A DNA stretch of 10,223 nt from Fonticula alba ATCC 38817 (lineage: Eukaryota; Protista; Nucleariida): the NCBI GenBank assembly GCA_000388065.2, contig KB932201.1; one strand, 5' to 3'. How positions within the stretch are numbered: the first letter of the stretch is position 1; each line of letters begins with the position of its first letter. Both the position numbers and the translations under genes were made by a program. The notes under the pieces were generated by a model that worked only from the letters and a program-made list of their open reading frames with translations, was not told the origin of the DNA and made no database searches. Shown in pieces: positions 7,319-10,223 of the stretch.

Positions 7319-9003
7319 CAGAAAGGAAGAGGCAAAGTGAGGTCCCGAGAAGATGCCTCCTTGGAGGGCAGGAATTGGGCGACCGAAGGGGATCGACCTG
7401 CCAAGCGCGCCCGGAGTTCGAGAACCAGGGAGGAGGTCGCGAGACATGCTGCTGGGACCGCAAGAGGCACGCATGCAAAGGAAAAGGAACAGGAGATGGA
7501 AGAAGGAAATGTATATTGGTTTTGGATACGCAAGTACAGTTGATATTTTTGAGCTTTTTGACCGAGGAAAGGAGGGAAAGGGGACAGGGGAGAGGGGGAG
7601 GAGGAGGAGGAGGAGGGGTGTGGGGGATATGCAAACGAAGGAGGGAACCCTCCCTCTTCCTGGGCAAGGGGGTGAGGCGAGGCGGAGAGAGAAAGGAGAG
7701 GAGGGGAGGGGCGCGCCGAGGTACACGCGGCCGAGCCATCATCATCCTGCGACTGTGTCTCCCTCTCTCTCTCTCTCTCCCTCTCTTTCAGCAGGGTATG
7801 CGACGAACAGGAGGGGGGGGGAGGGGGAGGCCTCGGCGCCAGGGAAAGGTGCGGGAGGGGAGCGTTCTGTGAAGAGGGGAGGAGGGGAGGAGAATGTGGT
7901 GCGCCCGGCTTGAAGTATACACGACAGAAGAGGAGGAGGGGGGGGGGGGGGGTTGAGGAGAAACGGGAAATGTACACATGTATGTGTGCCCGTGTGGGCA
8001 TACACATGCACGCCAAGCGCATGTAGGCGCACATGGACACACACACACCCTCTCTCTCGCCTTTGCCTCTCACTCGATGGCGCATGCGCACAAGAGAGGA
8101 AGAAGGTGGAAGCACGTGTGGGCAGCAAAAGGGGAGATGCCACATGAGAACACGCCTGCCAGCCTTGCTTGCTCTCTGTCATACGTGCGGCATGTGTGCA
8201 GGAAGGAAGAGGAAGAGGGGAGAAGGAGGAAGGAGGGAGGGGTTCCACTCTCATCGGGGTTCGCATGCCCGAGAGGGGGGAGGAAGAGGAAGGGGGGGGG
8301 GGGAACACCAGGGCGCCAGGGACGGGAACTAAGATGGCTGGCTGGGATGCGGGAGGAAGAGAGATGAAGAGGCAGTAGGGGGAGGGGGGCGGGGGAGGGG
8401 AAGGGGGATGGACCGCATCGTGCCCAGAGGGAGGGATGGACGAAGAAGGAGGATGGAAGCACGGAGGAGAGACATCCCCTCCCGGTCCCCGTCCCCCCCC
8501 CCCACCCCCTCGCCTATGAGAGCTTCGGAGCGGGTTGCGAGGAACGAGGAAGCAAACAGGGGTGATGTGGATGGGAGGAGGGAGGACGCGGCGCGTTCTA
8601 AAAGGCTGCTGGGGAAGGAGGAGAGAGGAGGGGGACGGAGCGCGAGAGGGAGGAGAGAGAGGGGGGGGAGGGAGAGGAGGGCGTGCACGCCCTGCGCAGG
8701 CCGGGCCGGCCGGGCCGATATGCGGGAGGGGGGGAAGGGCGCGAGGAAGAGCAGCAAGTGAAAGGGGACAGGCGCATGCAGCAATGTGTGGTCATCATCA
8801 CACCGCATATGGATTGCTTTCTCTTTCTCTTTCTGTCTCTGTCTCTCTCTCTCTTTCTCTCTCTTTGGCTCCGTCCCTTGACATGGACTGCCGAAGGAGA
8901 CCCTCATATGTGCTCGTGTGATGTGGCACTTTCTCTCGCTCTCTCACTCTCTCGCCCTTTGGGCTGGCCCTGTCGTCTCGTCGCTCGCTCTTTCGGGCTC
9001 TTT

Positions 9004-10100
9004 TTAAGCCCAGACCTTGAGAAGGGAGTCCCAGCTGCCGGTGCAGAGGGCCATGCCATCGGCGCTGACACCGAGGCAGCTCACGCGGTTCTCATGACCG
9101 GCCAGGACACCGACGCGCTCACCGCGCAGGGTGTCCCAGACATTGCAGTTGTAGTCATCGTAGCCGGCGAAGAGGAGGCGCCCGGAGACGGAGAAAGACA
9201 CGGAGGTGATGCCGCACAGGATGTTGTCGTGGGTGTACTGGTTGAGCTCGCGATCGGCGCGCAGGTCGAACAGCCGGCAGGAAGCGTCATCAGAACCAGT
9301 GCCAAAGGCGTCGCCATTGGGGAAGAACTGGACGGCGTTGATATCGGTCTCATGGCCGGAGAAGCTCTGGACACACTTGCCGGTACGGATGTCCCACACA
9401 AGAGCCAGGGCGTCACAGGCGCCGGAGACAAAGATGTTGCGCTCGGGCATGACAGAAAGACTGCAGCAGGTGCGAGGCGGAGCCNNNNNNNNNNNNNNNN
9501 NNNNNNNNNNNNNNCGGGCGGGGAAGGGAGGAGCATTAGCAACGAAGGAAGGAGGGGAATCCCGATTGGGTGGAGGGGCAGGGAAAGGGCCAAGGGCCAG
9601 GTGGAAGTGCAATTCAGCACCCCCGGAGGGGGGGGGGCGGGGCGGAAAGGGAGGAGACGGCAGACACAAAGGCGGAGAGAGTGTGGGCGAACCTCATGAC
9701 ATCACCACGATGGTCATTGAACTCGATGGTGCTCATGCCCTTCTCAATGTCCCAGAGCATGCACTTCATGTCACCGGAACTGGTGAGAATCTCACGGTCC
9801 GACAGGAAGCGGCAGCATGAGAGGTAGCCCATGTGGGCGGACAGCTGGCGAACACTCTTGGCTGTAGGGGGAGAGGGGGAAGGGGGGGGGGCGGGACGCC
9901 GGCAGGAGGAAGAGGTCAGCGGGAGGCGCGCGATGGGAGGCGGAAGGAGGGGCGGCCCGACGCCTGGGGGGCAAGAGAATGGAGGGGAGGAGAAGGGGAG
10001 GGAAAGAAAGAGCACACGCACCCTCCTTGGTCTTGAGGCTGAAGATTGAGCAAATGTTGTCAAGGCCACCGCACGCAACAAAGTTGCCACTGGGAGCATA
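9004..10100 (-). CDS. GNB1: Heterotrimeric G-protein beta subunit (WD40), 5'-partial: complement(join(9004..9460,9693..9861,10022..10100)); upstream exons lie beyond the window
   Basis: Three exons splice in frame (79+169+457 nt; donors GTGCGT and GTTCGC) to give [66 protein letters not shown]...DHRGDVMSLSV...FVSGACD...[38 protein letters not shown]...[31 protein letters not shown]. These are unmistakable G-beta WD40 repeats. The symbol denotes the family, not strict orthology. Confidence 0.97.
9485..9514. other. Assembly gap (30 N) inside the last G-beta intron
   Basis: Run of N. Confidence 1.
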
Positions 10101-10223
10101 CTGAGAAGAGATGGGGCGAGAGAGCAGTGGGATGTCAGGATTTCACCCGATGATGGGGAAGAGAGGGTGGGGGCAATTCATTGGGAGGGAGGGCGCAAAG
10201 AGGAGGAGCTGGGAAGAGGCGAG

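Noticed and set aside
7411-7430. GAGTTCGAGAACC resembling a tRNA T-loop or Pol III B-box
   Set aside because: It does not fit the GTTCRANNC spacing, and there is no cloverleaf or A-box.
7725-7750. Minus-strand ATGATGA resembling a snoRNA C box (a similar word occurs near 8790)
   Set aside because: There is no downstream CTGA D box at a plausible distance and no terminal stem.
8678-8700. 16-bp perfect palindrome AGGGCGTGCACGCCCT overlapping a 10-bp palindrome CCTGCGCAGG
   Set aside because: One such palindrome in 10 kb of GC-rich DNA is not clearly beyond chance, and there is no associated feature.
7174-8921. Cluster of long ORFs on both strands (e.g. 7174-8145, 7261-7872, 8329-8907)
   Set aside because: They are low-complexity translations of (GA)n, poly-G and purine tracts, with no consistent exon structure or recognisable domain.
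8683-9820. + strand ORFs of 338 aa and 204 aa
   Set aside because: Antisense shadows of the G-beta coding exons.

Overview
GC-rich, intron-rich eukaryotic nuclear DNA with three assembly gaps (1383-1577, 4582-4599, 9485-9514). The long ORFs in the supplied track are mostly artefacts. Manual splicing (donors mainly GTRYGT, branch points CTRAC-like, acceptors mostly YAG) recovers four genes. (1) A 9-exon TSG101/Vps23 ESCRT-I subunit on + (68-3458), with an atypical Pro/Tyr-rich region in front of the UEV domain and a 95-bp duplication around a gap in intron 3. (2) A 2-exon mitochondrial complex I accessory subunit NDUFA7/B14.5a (fungal NUZM-like) on - (3920-4488). (3) A 3-exon complex I accessory subunit NDUFB10/PDSW (short, fungal NIDM-like) on + (5837-6424), head-to-head with the NDUFA7 gene. 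(4) The 3' three exons of a heterotrimeric G-protein beta subunit on - (9004-10100, continuing beyond the window). The rest is low-complexity intergenic or UTR DNA with C/G homopolymers and (GA)n tracts. Family assignments come from motif recognition by eye against remembered family sequences; no database search was run. The host is an aerobic non-metazoan eukaryote, possibly a fungus-related protist (unverified). I found no convincing novel multi-gene system. The most notable items are the divergent pair of complex I subunit genes and the rearranged TSG101 architecture.
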